This document shows, piece by piece, positions 1-9,006 of a DNA stretch of 64,000 nucleotides. Source of the DNA: Eledone cirrhosa (taxonomy: Eukaryota); assembly GCA_964016885.1 (NCBI GenBank), contig OZ024743.1:220224001-220288000 (forward strand), given 5' to 3'. The position numbers were made by a program, and so were the translations under genes. The first letter of the stretch is position 1. The number at the start of each line of letters is the position of its first letter. The notes beneath the pieces were generated by a model. The model searched no databases. It was given only the letters and a program-made list of their open reading frames with translations, and was not told where the DNA came from.

Positions 1-1
1 A

Positions 2-2416
2 TTCTTCAATGCAAAGCACGAAGGCTGCGTTGTCAGAGCTAGGGTGCGTGCTCTCAGACACGAGGGGACGAAAGCCGTTCAATGGGCCCGAGTGGCGGAG
101 GCGCGTCGTGGCAACAAAGCCACGATCCGGTCTTTGGTGGACCACGACGGGCGCATGCTACTCGATCCCGGGCAAATGTGTGAAGCTTTTCAGCGACACT
201 TCGCTCAGCTGTTCGGGGGCAGCGGGGGGCCGGGTAGAGGGATGGACTTTAGTGTCTACCTCGACGGACTGCCGCGGCTCTCGGCCACTGAGGCGAAGTG
301 TTGCGAAAAGCCGATAACAGCCGCTGAAGTAAGGGAGGCAATGACTGGCTGCACAAGGGGTAAATCGCCTGGTTTGGATGGTCTGCCCTATGAACTTTAC
401 GTACAGATGCCAGACTTGTTCGGAGGCCTCTTGGCGGACGTCTACTGCAACTGGCAACAGAACGGGAGAATTCCCAGTTCTGTGAGCCGAGGAGCGGTGG
501 CACTGCTGAGAAAGGATCCGAACAAGGGGGATAACATAGACAATTTCCGGCCCATAACTCTGCTAAACACAGAGTTTAAGATTTTGGCCAAGGTGCTAGC
601 AAAGAGGTTGGCGCTTGTCGTTGGTGGTCTGGTGGGAGAGGCGCAGACATGCGCCATTCCCGACAGATCCATCCACGACAACCTCCACCTCATGCGATAC
701 ATCGTAGAGAGGGTAGCTAGGGAACCTGGCACGGGTGGGTCCTTGATCAATTTAGATCAGTCGAAAGCTTTCGATAGGGTCGACCATCGTTACCTAGCGG
801 CAGTCCTGAGGGCGGCTGGCTTTGGGCCCGTCTTCAGAGGCTGGATCGCTGCCATGCACAGCGACATCTGCTCTGTGGTGAGAGTGAACGGTCACCTGTC
901 GGAACCGTTCAACATCATGCGCTCGGTCCGCCAAGGATGTCCCCTCTCGTCCCTCTTGTACGTATTGACTCTCGAGCCATTACTGCACAAACTGGAGACG
1001 TTGAGGGGAGTCCCGCGCGAACTAGGATGCGGAAGATCCGTGTCAGCATATGCGGACGATGTCACCGTAGTGGTGTCGAACGCCAAACACATCGAGGCGA
1101 TCGGCACTACACTAAGAGAATACGAAGCGGTGACAGGAGCAATGATCAACCAGGAAAAGTCAGTGGGCCTGCAGCTCGGCACCTGGAGAGGCAGGTCCAT
1201 GCCGTCCAACAGCGTCGTCGGGCGCTGGACGGACGGACCGGTTAAATTGCTAGGGGTCTGGTTCGGTCCGGACCTCCAGACGGACAAAAACTGGGACGAG
1301 GTGACGAGCAGGGTGGCTTCTCTCACCCAGAAATGGGCGGAGAGGAAGCTATCCCTGAAAGGTCGAGCGGAGGTGGCTAACGCGTACATCGCGTCTGTCA
1401 TCTGCTACCGCCTAACCGTCGTACCTTGTCCTAAGCCTCGCCTGACTGCGCTGGAGCGTTTGCTCTTTCGCTTTTTGTGGAAGGGACGTGCTCCGATGGT
1501 CAGGCGGTCCATCTGTTGTCAACACCCGCTACGTGGAGGGCTGGGCATGCCGTGGCTGATGATGCGCAGGCACGCGCTCAGGCTACGACATCTCCACCTC
1601 TTCCTCGACGGTGATCAGGTGTGGTCGCCGTTTGCTAGACGCGTTTTTCCCCAGCTCGTTTCCTTGACGGAGCTGCAGTCCTGGGTCAAGCGAAGACCGA
1701 GAGGGAGCGCCTGGAGACTGGAATGTCTTCAGGCGCTCACAGCCCTCGACCAATCGGGCAATGTGATCGGTGGAAACTCCACCTCGGCGTTCTATAGAGG
1801 ATTAGTGGAGGGGAAGAGCGACGACGTACTTGGGGAAACTCTAGGCGTCGACGAAAATCAACTAGCCAATCTCTTCGGAAGAACTTTCGGGCCAGGGCCT
1901 ATGGACAACTTCCAGAAATCTCTGGCCTGGCAGTGCTACCGAGGAGCCTTGCCAGTTCGGGATAAACTCTACAGGCATGGAGGTGCCGTCAGCCGGGCAT
2001 GTCCGAGATGCGCGCAGGGCGACGAAACCGTCCTGCACGCACTCGTCCAGTGTCCGAAAATTGCTGACTTGTGGGTTTATGTCGAACACCTGCTGTCGCG
2101 TTTAGGACGGATCCGGCTATCATCTGAGTCCATCGTGAGGATTGCTCCGCCCTCCTCCTTTAGCCGGGAAGGGCAGGCAGTTTTTATCTGCCTGGTGGCC
2201 ATGGTGAAAGAGATAGTATGGTGGACACGTTTGAAAGGGCTGAAGACGAGCACTTACCTCTTCGGTGATGCTCTGATTGACTTTTTCAAATTTCATTTGA
2301 AAAGGAAAATCAGAGTAGAGAGGGAAGTGCTCTCTTCCCAGCATTTTGTTGAAAGATGGGTGAGAGAAGCAAGAATGGCCCGAGTGAATGGGCCTACTCT
2401 GAGTATATATCTGTAA
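2..2416 (+). CDS. ORF2 of unit A (RT plus C-terminal zinc finger), open at the window edge
   Basis: KSPGLDG, FRPITLLN, DQSKAFD, QGCPLS and YADD motifs; CPRC-X8-H-X4-C near the C-terminus. Confidence 0.95.
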   Translation, partial: FFNAKHEGCVVRARVRALRHEGTKAVQWARVAEARRGNKATIRSLVDHDGRMLLDPGQMCEAFQRHFAQLFGGSGGPGRGMDFSVYLDGLPRLSATEAKCCEKPITAAEVREAMTGCTRGKSPGLDGLPYELYVQMPDLFGGLLADVYCNWQQNGRIPSSVSRGAVALLRKDPNKGDNIDNFRPITLLNTEFKILAKVLAKRLALVVGGLVGEAQTCAIPDRSIHDNLHLMRYIVERVAREPGTGGSLINLDQSKAFDRVDHRYLAAVLRAAGFGPVFRGWIAAMHSDICSVVRVNGHLSEPFNIMRSVRQGCPLSSLLYVLTLEPLLHKLETLRGVPRELGCGRSVSAYADDVTVVVSNAKHIEAIGTTLREYEAVTGAMINQEKSVGLQLGTWRGRSMPSNSVVGRWTDGPVKLLGVWFGPDLQTDKNWDEVTSRVASLTQKWAERKLSLKGRAEVANAYIASVICYRLTVVPCPKPRLTALERLLFRFLWKGRAPMVRRSICCQHPLRGGLGMPWLMMRRHALRLRHLHLFLDGDQVWSPFARRVFPQLVSLTELQSWVKRRPRGSAWRLECLQALTALDQSGNVIGGNSTSAFYRGLVEGKSDDVLGETLGVDENQLANLFGRTFGPGPMDNFQKSLAWQCYRGALPVRDKLYRHGGAVSRACPRCAQGDETVLHALVQCPKIADLWVYVEHLLSRLGRIRLSSESIVRIAPPSSFSREGQAVFICLVAMVKEIVWWTRLKGLKTSTYLFGDALIDFFKFHLKRKIRVEREVLSSQHFVERWVREARMARVNGPTLSIYL

Positions 2417-2677
2417 ATTAAAGGTGGAAAACTGGGAGAGGGCACTTGCCTTGGTGGTCAGGGTCATTGTGGCTTTTTACTGGGCTTTCACCACAAATGT
2501 CCCTCCGAAGTCTCCCCCCTATTGGGGAATTTTTCATTGTTATTTTCATTGTTATTTTTGTTACATCCTCTGTTTTTGTTTTTTACACGCAGAAATGCCC
2601 ATTTGTACCGTCCTGCATTGTCCTGCACTGTCCTTAATGTCTACTTTATGTAAACCCTTGTGGTTAATAAAGAAATC

Positions 2678-2731
2678 ATTATTGTTGTTGTCGTTATTAT
2701 TATTATTGCTATTATTATTATTATTATTATT
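2678..2731 (+). repeat. Interrupted (ATT)n inter-unit spacer/tail
   Basis: ATT ATT GTT GTT GTC GTT (ATT)4 GCT (ATT)7. Confidence 0.95.
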
Positions 2732-2946
2732 GAATGCCATGGTTGACGGAGGCTCGGCTCTGTAAGGTATAGTAATTTTTAACCGTTAAAACAATTGTAA
2801 ATTGTTTAAAACTTGAACCAAATTGTTGATAAAGACACCCTCCTCCTCGTGAGAGGGGTCTTTCTGTCCGTTATTTGGCCCTTCGGGGTTAAATAACCAG
2901 TTATTGGGGTTTTGTACCCAAAATTTCATTTTAAACAAAAAACAAC

Positions 2947-5043
2947 ATGGCTACGAAAAAGAAATTTCATACGTCACTCCCACTCATTCCGTCTTCTTCT
3001 TCCTCAATCATCACTACAGCAGAGAGAAGATTGTCTCTCTCCCTCCCTTCTTTAAATGTGTCTCTCTCCCTCCCTTCTCTTTCGCAAGTGACGAAAGAAA
3101 AGAAAAGTCTCGTGCAAAGCGTGCAAGGTTTCTCCACGACGACGACGACAGCGACGAAACAGGTGTGCGGGAAATACGAAAACCCAGTTCATTCGTCTGA
3201 CGTCAGGAATAATAGCAGTAGCAGCCGTAATAACAACAGCAACAGTGACAATGAAAACAACAGTAGCAGCCGCAACAGCATCACCAGCAGCATAAACAAC
3301 AACAGCATTAGCAGCAGCAACACCAACAACAACCACAGCAACAGCGGCGGAGGCAGTAGTCGTAGTACCTGCAGCAACAACAAAAGTACCAGCAGCTCTG
3401 ACGACAACAACAACAGCAGAGAAAAACCAATCTCATTTGCAGGTATTGCGAAAAACTTGGAAACAATCCTCATAACAAATGAGGAATTAGAGGAAGCGAA
3501 GAAGATGGTGACAAAGAACGGACACCGAGCAATCTGCAAGGCAGCGAAAAATTTTTTCGAAACCCAAGAGCACTGTACGGTCACGTACCGTACAGTAAGT
3601 ACAAAATCCCGTAGGGTGGAAAGAGCCACAGAGGCCCAAATACAAAAAGCCTTGGGGTCTGTGTGGCAGAGGAAAACGCACATCACCCGAGGCAAAAAAT
3701 ACGCCACCGTAGACGTACTTTTTGCCACACCCCAGGAGGCAAAGGCCCAATCAGTAGTGACCCTAAGGAGCGAGGAAATGGTGTTGGTGCCCTCCTACTG
3801 CGGGCAAAAAATTGTGAGGGTCAAACTGACCCACGTCCCCCCCGGAATGACCCCTTCTTGGCTGGCCGCGTCTGTCCTCGTCGGAATCGAGGACAAAACA
3901 ACTGTACTGCAAGTACAGAAAAAAGTAAGAGAAGATTGGGTCGGCTCCTCCATTGAGATGCTAATCCAAACCAACCAGGAGTGCATCGAAGCTATCCCGG
4001 ATGTGATAGACTTCGATAACGGCACTCAACTGCCCATAAGTGTTGAGGGCAAACGCCCGAAATGCTTTCGCTGTGGATCGAAGACTCACCTCAGGGCCTT
4101 CTGCAACGAGAAGACCCTGAGAAAGGAGAAAACCCCCCTCCTTCCGAATCCGGCTCCACGGCTACCAGCAACAGGACAAGCGGCAACCAGGAACGATAGG
4201 CCCGTGGCACCCATACCCACTCCACGGAAATCAAAAACAGCAGCAGCAGTGGAAATACTAACAACAACAACAGCAATACCAAATGCAGCTGCAACAGAGA
4301 CTCCAGTGCAAACATCACCAACAACAACAAGTGAAAGAGTGGAGTTGGTACCCCTCCCCGACCTCACAGAATCAGACATGGAGTGTGAGGTGGGAGAGAG
4401 ATGGCAAAAGGTCGTAAGAAGGCACAAACGCAGAAGCAGCGCATCGTCGCCTTTGAAAAGGGAGGAAAGAAATGAGAAAAGGGTAAAGTCTACTGCAAAG
4501 AGACCCACAGCAGCAACAACACCAACACCATCACCACCCACACTAGCGCCACCATCACCACCGGCGACAACCCCACCGCCAACAACACCTTCAACACCAC
4601 CACCACAAGCACCAACATCGCAAACACAACAACAAAACACACACACCCAGCAACAACGACAAGAAAATAGCAGAACCACACCCCACCCCCAGAAAAACAA
4701 ATGCACGGCAATAAACACACACAACAAGAAACTAATGACTTACATAATTGAACACACAGACATTTCACAACAGGACTACATAATACCAGCACCAATCAAA
4801 ACGCCAACTAACATAAGACTGCTAAAAATAGCACAGAAACAATACACAAACATTAAAACGAAATTTCCCAACGCAGTTGGTGATTTCAGGGACCTAGGAG
4901 GAACCATTAATCGAAGAGTATATTCAGACATTCTCTTAGAAGAGCCGACGACCAGCCGAAGGGACGATTCAACGGTCCCTTCACCAGACGATCAAGTGAA
5001 AAGGGATGTAAAAACCATCCCTCCTCTACCAAAAATACGGTAA
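2947..5043 (+). CDS. ORF1 (Gag-like nucleic-acid-binding protein), 698 aa
   Basis: Zinc knuckle CFRCGSKTHLRAFC (CX2CX4HX4C); N/S-rich and P/T-rich low-complexity tracts; lies upstream of the APE-RT ORF. Confidence 0.9.
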   Translation: MATKKKFHTSLPLIPSSSSSIITTAERRLSLSLPSLNVSLSLPSLSQVTKEKKSLVQSVQGFSTTTTTATKQVCGKYENPVHSSDVRNNSSSSRNNNSNSDNENNSSSRNSITSSINNNSISSSNTNNNHSNSGGGSSRSTCSNNKSTSSSDDNNNSREKPISFAGIAKNLETILITNEELEEAKKMVTKNGHRAICKAAKNFFETQEHCTVTYRTVSTKSRRVERATEAQIQKALGSVWQRKTHITRGKKYATVDVLFATPQEAKAQSVVTLRSEEMVLVPSYCGQKIVRVKLTHVPPGMTPSWLAASVLVGIEDKTTVLQVQKKVREDWVGSSIEMLIQTNQECIEAIPDVIDFDNGTQLPISVEGKRPKCFRCGSKTHLRAFCNEKTLRKEKTPLLPNPAPRLPATGQAATRNDRPVAPIPTPRKSKTAAAVEILTTTTAIPNAAATETPVQTSPTTTSERVELVPLPDLTESDMECEVGERWQKVVRRHKRRSSASSPLKREERNEKRVKSTAKRPTAATTPTPSPPTLAPPSPPATTPPPTTPSTPPPQAPTSQTQQQNTHTQQQRQENSRTTPHPQKNKCTAINTHNKKLMTYIIEHTDISQQDYIIPAPIKTPTNIRLLKIAQKQYTNIKTKFPNAVGDFRDLGGTINRRVYSDILLEEPTTSRRDDSTVPSPDDQVKRDVKTIPPLPKIR

Positions 5044-5078
5044 GTGGTCTTTCCCATCTTTTCCACTCTATTTTAAAC

Positions 5079-8000
5079 ATGACCTCACTCAGAATAGGCA
5101 GCATAAATGCGCGTGGCTTGGGGTCGTCATGGAAGCAGGGTCACCTGCTCAACGACCTCAGGTCACTAAACATAGATGTAGTGGCCATCAGCGAGACCAG
5201 AATCTCCGAAGCACGGGCCTTCGCACCGATCTTCGGCGGCTACGATGTGTACGCATCTCCCAGCCGTCCTGGATCCGGTGGAGGAGTTGCTGTACTTTTT
5301 CGGAGAGGTTTGGATCTCGCCATACGGGCCATCTTCCTGGACCCAGAGGGTAAGCTGGTGGTGCTGGACGTGACCAGCGGAGACGGGCAAGCTTTCAGGC
5401 TAGTGGCCGTCTATGCCCCGACAGGAGCAGGGCGGCCTGATTTCTTCCGGCGTCTGGAGACCTTTCTTGGAACGTCCCGCTCTTTAGTGTTAGTGGGCGA
5501 CTGGAACGGGATCTTAGATGCACGCTGGGACTGTGTGGGATTAGCGGATAGGGGTGGAGGGTGCAAGAGCCTCACCAACCTGCTCAGGCGTTTTGAACTG
5601 TCTGACAGGTACCGATTGGATTTCCCGAATGTGCCAATGTGGACTTGGACAAACCGCATAGGGTCATCCAGATCATATCTAGATAGAGTATTTTGTAGGG
5701 AAATAGATAGGTCTAGCATAGGCTGTCCACAATTCAAGATAGTCAGCTACACGGACCACAAATTCGTGATCTGTGTGCTTGACTTAGATAGGCTTCATAG
5801 ACGAGGACCCGGCTACTGGAAGCTAAACGCGTCCTTACCAGCGCGCAAGGCCTACAGAGACCGGATTAGCGAACTAGTTAAGCGGGCGTTGACGGGGGCC
5901 ATCGTCAACAACAAGTGGTGGTTTGCTCTGAAAAGAGCGATTAGAATAGAATCGATTAGGTTTAGTAAGGCTTTAGCAATAGAGAAAAATAGAGCAGAGG
6001 GAGAACTAGTTAGAAAATTAGACGAGGCGCTTAGCAAAGGCATTGCGACCGACGTGCTTGCGGCGAAATTGGCCCTTGACCAATTCTTCAATGCAAAGCA
6101 CGAAGGCTGCGTTGTCAGAGCTAGGGTGCGTGCTCTCAGACACGAGGGGACGAAAGCCGTTCAATGGGCCCGAGTGGCGGAGGCGCGTCGTGGCAACAAA
6201 GCCACGATCCGGTCTTTGGTGGACCACGACGGGCGCATGCTACTCGATCCCGGGCAAATGTGTGAAGCTTTTCAGCGACACTTCGCTCAGCTGTTCGGGG
6301 GCAGCGGGGGGCCGGGTAGAGGGATGGACTTTAGTGTCTACCTCGACGGGCTGCCGCGGCTCTCGGCCACTGAGGCGAGGTGTTGCGAAAAGCCGATAAC
6401 AGCCGCTGAAGTACGGGAGGCAATGACTGGCTGCACAAGGGGTAAATCGCCTGGTTTGGATGGTCTGCCCTATGAACTTTACGTACAGATGCCAGACTTG
6501 TTCGGAGGCCTCTTGGCGGACGTCTACTGCAACTGGCAACAGAACGGGAGAATTCCCAGTTCTGTGAGCCGAGGAGCGGTGGCACTGCTGAGAAAGGATC
6601 CGAACAAGGGGGATAACATAGACAATTTCCGGCCCATAACTCTGCTAAACACAGAGTTTAAGATTTTGGCCAAGGTGCTAGCAAAGAGGTTGGCGCTTGT
6701 CGTTGGTGGTCTGGTGGGAGAGGCGCAGACATGCGCCATTCCCGACAGATCCATCCACGACAACCTCCACCTCATGCGATACATCGTAGAGAGGGTAGCT
6801 AGGGAACCTGGCACGGGTGGGTCCTTGATCAATTTAGATCAGTCGAAAGCTTTCGATAGGGTCGACCATCGTTACCTAGCGGCAGTCCTGAGGGCGGCTG
6901 GCTTTGGGCCCGTCTTCAGAGGCTGGATCGCTGCCATGCACAGCGACATCTGCTCTGTGGTGAGAGTGAACGGTCACCTGTCGGAACCGTTCAACATCAT
7001 GCGCTCGGTCCGCCAAGGATGTCCCCTCTCGTCCCTCTTGTACGTATTGACTCTCGAGCCATTACTGCACAAACTGGAGACGTTGAGGGGAGTCCCGCGC
7101 GAACTAGGATGCGGAAGATCCGTGTCAGCATATGCGGACGATGTCACCGTAGTGGTGTCGAACGCCAAACACATCGAGGCGATCGGCACTACACTAAGAG
7201 AATACGAAGCGGTGACAGGAGCAATGATCAACCAGGAAAAGTCAGTGGGCCTGCAGCTCGGCACCTGGAGAGGCAGGTCCATGCCGTTCAACAGCGTCGT
7301 CGGGCGCTGGACGGACGGACCGGTTAAATTGCTAGGGGTCTGGTTCGGTCCGGACCTCCAGACGGACAAAAACTGGGACGAGGTGACGAGCAGGGTGGCT
7401 TCTCTCACCCAGAAATGGGCGGAGAGGAAGCTATCCCTGAAAGGTCGAGCGGAGGTGGCTAACGCGTACATCGCGTCTGTCATCTGCTACCGCCTAACCG
7501 TCGTACCTTGTCCTAAGCCTCGCCTGACTGCGCTGGAGCGTTTGCTCTTTCGCTTTTTGTGGAAGGGACGTGCTCCGATGGTCAGGCGGTCCATCTGTTG
7601 TCAACACCCGCTACGTGGAGGGCTGGGCATGCCGTGGCTGATGATGCGCAGGCACGCGCTCAGGCTACGACATCTCCACCTCTTCCTCGACGGTGATCAG
7701 GTGTGGTCGCCGTTTGCTAGACGCGTTTTTCCCCAGCTCGTTTCCTTGACGGAGCTGCAGTCCTGGGTCAAGCGAAGACCGAGAGGGAGCGCCTGGAGAC
7801 TGGAATGTCTTCAGGCGCTCACAGCCCTCGACCAATCGGGCAATGTGATCGGTGGAAACTCCACCTCGGCGTTCTATAGAGGATTAGTGGAGGGGAAGAG
7901 CGACGACGTACTTGGGGAAACTCTAGGCGTCGACGAAAATCAACTAGCCAATCTCTTCGGAAGAACTTTCGGGCCAGGGCCTATGGACAACTTCCAGAAA

Positions 8001-8498
8001 TCTCTGGCCTGGCAGTGCTACCGAGGAGCCTTGCCAGTTCGGGATAAACTCTACAGGCATGGAGGTGCCGTCAGCCGGGCATGTCCGAGATGCGCGCAGG
8101 GCGACGAAACCGTCCTGCACGCACTCGTCCAGTGTCCGAAAATTGCTGACTTGTGGGTTTATGTCGAACACATGCTGTCGCGTTTAGGACGGATCCAGCT
8201 ATCATCTGAGTCTATCGTGAGGATTGCCCCGCCCTCCTCCTTTAGCCGGGAAGGGCAGGCAGTTTTTATCTGTCTGGTGGCCATGGCGAAAGAGATAGTA
8301 TGGTGGACACGTTTGAAAGGGCTGAAGACGAGCACTTACCTCTTCGGTGATGCTCTGATTGACTTTTTCAAATTTCATTTGAAAAGGAAAATCAGAGTAG
8401 AGAGGGAAGTGCTCTCTTCCCAGCATTTTGTTGAAAGATGGGTGAGAGAAGCAAGAATGGCCCGAGTGAATGGGCCGACTCTGAGTATATATCTGTAA
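5079..8498 (+). CDS. ORF2: APE endonuclease, reverse transcriptase, zinc finger; 1139 aa
   Basis: APE motifs SINARG, SET, VYAP, GDWN, SYLD, TDH; GPGYWKLN typical of L1/Tx1; YADD; CX2CX8HX4C. Confidence 0.97.
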   Translation: MTSLRIGSINARGLGSSWKQGHLLNDLRSLNIDVVAISETRISEARAFAPIFGGYDVYASPSRPGSGGGVAVLFRRGLDLAIRAIFLDPEGKLVVLDVTSGDGQAFRLVAVYAPTGAGRPDFFRRLETFLGTSRSLVLVGDWNGILDARWDCVGLADRGGGCKSLTNLLRRFELSDRYRLDFPNVPMWTWTNRIGSSRSYLDRVFCREIDRSSIGCPQFKIVSYTDHKFVICVLDLDRLHRRGPGYWKLNASLPARKAYRDRISELVKRALTGAIVNNKWWFALKRAIRIESIRFSKALAIEKNRAEGELVRKLDEALSKGIATDVLAAKLALDQFFNAKHEGCVVRARVRALRHEGTKAVQWARVAEARRGNKATIRSLVDHDGRMLLDPGQMCEAFQRHFAQLFGGSGGPGRGMDFSVYLDGLPRLSATEARCCEKPITAAEVREAMTGCTRGKSPGLDGLPYELYVQMPDLFGGLLADVYCNWQQNGRIPSSVSRGAVALLRKDPNKGDNIDNFRPITLLNTEFKILAKVLAKRLALVVGGLVGEAQTCAIPDRSIHDNLHLMRYIVERVAREPGTGGSLINLDQSKAFDRVDHRYLAAVLRAAGFGPVFRGWIAAMHSDICSVVRVNGHLSEPFNIMRSVRQGCPLSSLLYVLTLEPLLHKLETLRGVPRELGCGRSVSAYADDVTVVVSNAKHIEAIGTTLREYEAVTGAMINQEKSVGLQLGTWRGRSMPFNSVVGRWTDGPVKLLGVWFGPDLQTDKNWDEVTSRVASLTQKWAERKLSLKGRAEVANAYIASVICYRLTVVPCPKPRLTALERLLFRFLWKGRAPMVRRSICCQHPLRGGLGMPWLMMRRHALRLRHLHLFLDGDQVWSPFARRVFPQLVSLTELQSWVKRRPRGSAWRLECLQALTALDQSGNVIGGNSTSAFYRGLVEGKSDDVLGETLGVDENQLANLFGRTFGPGPMDNFQKSLAWQCYRGALPVRDKLYRHGGAVSRACPRCAQGDETVLHALVQCPKIADLWVYVEHMLSRLGRIQLSSESIVRIAPPSSFSREGQAVFICLVAMAKEIVWWTRLKGLKTSTYLFGDALIDFFKFHLKRKIRVEREVLSSQHFVERWVREARMARVNGPTLSIYL

Positions 8499-8760
8499 AC
8501 TAAAGGTGGAAAACTGGGAGAGGGCACTTGCCTTGGTGGTCAGGGTCATTGTGGCTTTTTACTGGGCTTTCTCCACAAATGTCCCTCCGAAGTCTCCCCC
8601 CTATTGGGGAATTTTTCATTGTTATTTTCATTGTTATTTTTGTTACATCCTCTGTTTTTGTTTTTTTACACGCAGAAATGCCCATTTGTACCGTCCTGCA
8701 TTGTCCTGCACTGTCCTTAATGTCTACTTTATGTAAACCCTTGTGGTTAATAAAGAAATC

Positions 8761-8793
8761 ATTATTATTGCTATTATTATTATTATTATTATT
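8761..8793 (+). repeat. (ATT)n inter-unit spacer
   Basis: (ATT)3 GCT (ATT)7. Confidence 0.95.
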
Positions 8794-9006
8794 GAATGCC
8801 ATGGTTGACGGAGGCTCGGCTCTGTAAGGTATAGTAATTTTTAACCGTTAAAACAATTGTAAATTGTTTAAAACTTGAACCAAATTGTTGATAAAGACAC
8901 CCTCCTCCTCGTGAGAGGGGTCTTTCTGTCCGTTATTTGGCCCTTCGGGGTTAAATAACCAGTTATTGGGGTTTTGTACCCAAAATTTCATTTTAAACAA
9001 AAAAAC

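Larger units (their letters stand above)
1..2731 (+). mobile_element. Tx1/L1-clade non-LTR retrotransposon, array unit A (5' part outside the window)
   Basis: 3' part of ORF2, 3' UTR, AATAAA at 2666-2671 and ATT-type tail. Near-identical to units B-D. Confidence 0.93.
2732..8793 (+). mobile_element. Full-length Tx1/L1-clade retrotransposon, unit B (6062 bp)
   Basis: Starts GAATGCCATGG; 5' UTR, ORF1, 35-nt spacer, ORF2, 3' UTR, AATAAA at 8749-8754, ATT tail. Confidence 0.95.

Noticed and set aside
2732-2785. Spliced-leader-RNA-like AAG|GTATAG plus AATTTTT at the unit 5' end (a possible target gene)
   Set aside because: The Sm-like site lacks the closing G and the GT is changed to CT in unit D. 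No U2, 5S or tRNA target sequence was recognised at the junctions.
2831-2865. HDV-like ribozyme suggested by TCCTCGT
   Set aside because: No convincing P1, P1.1 or P2 could be built; a simple hairpin explains the sequence.
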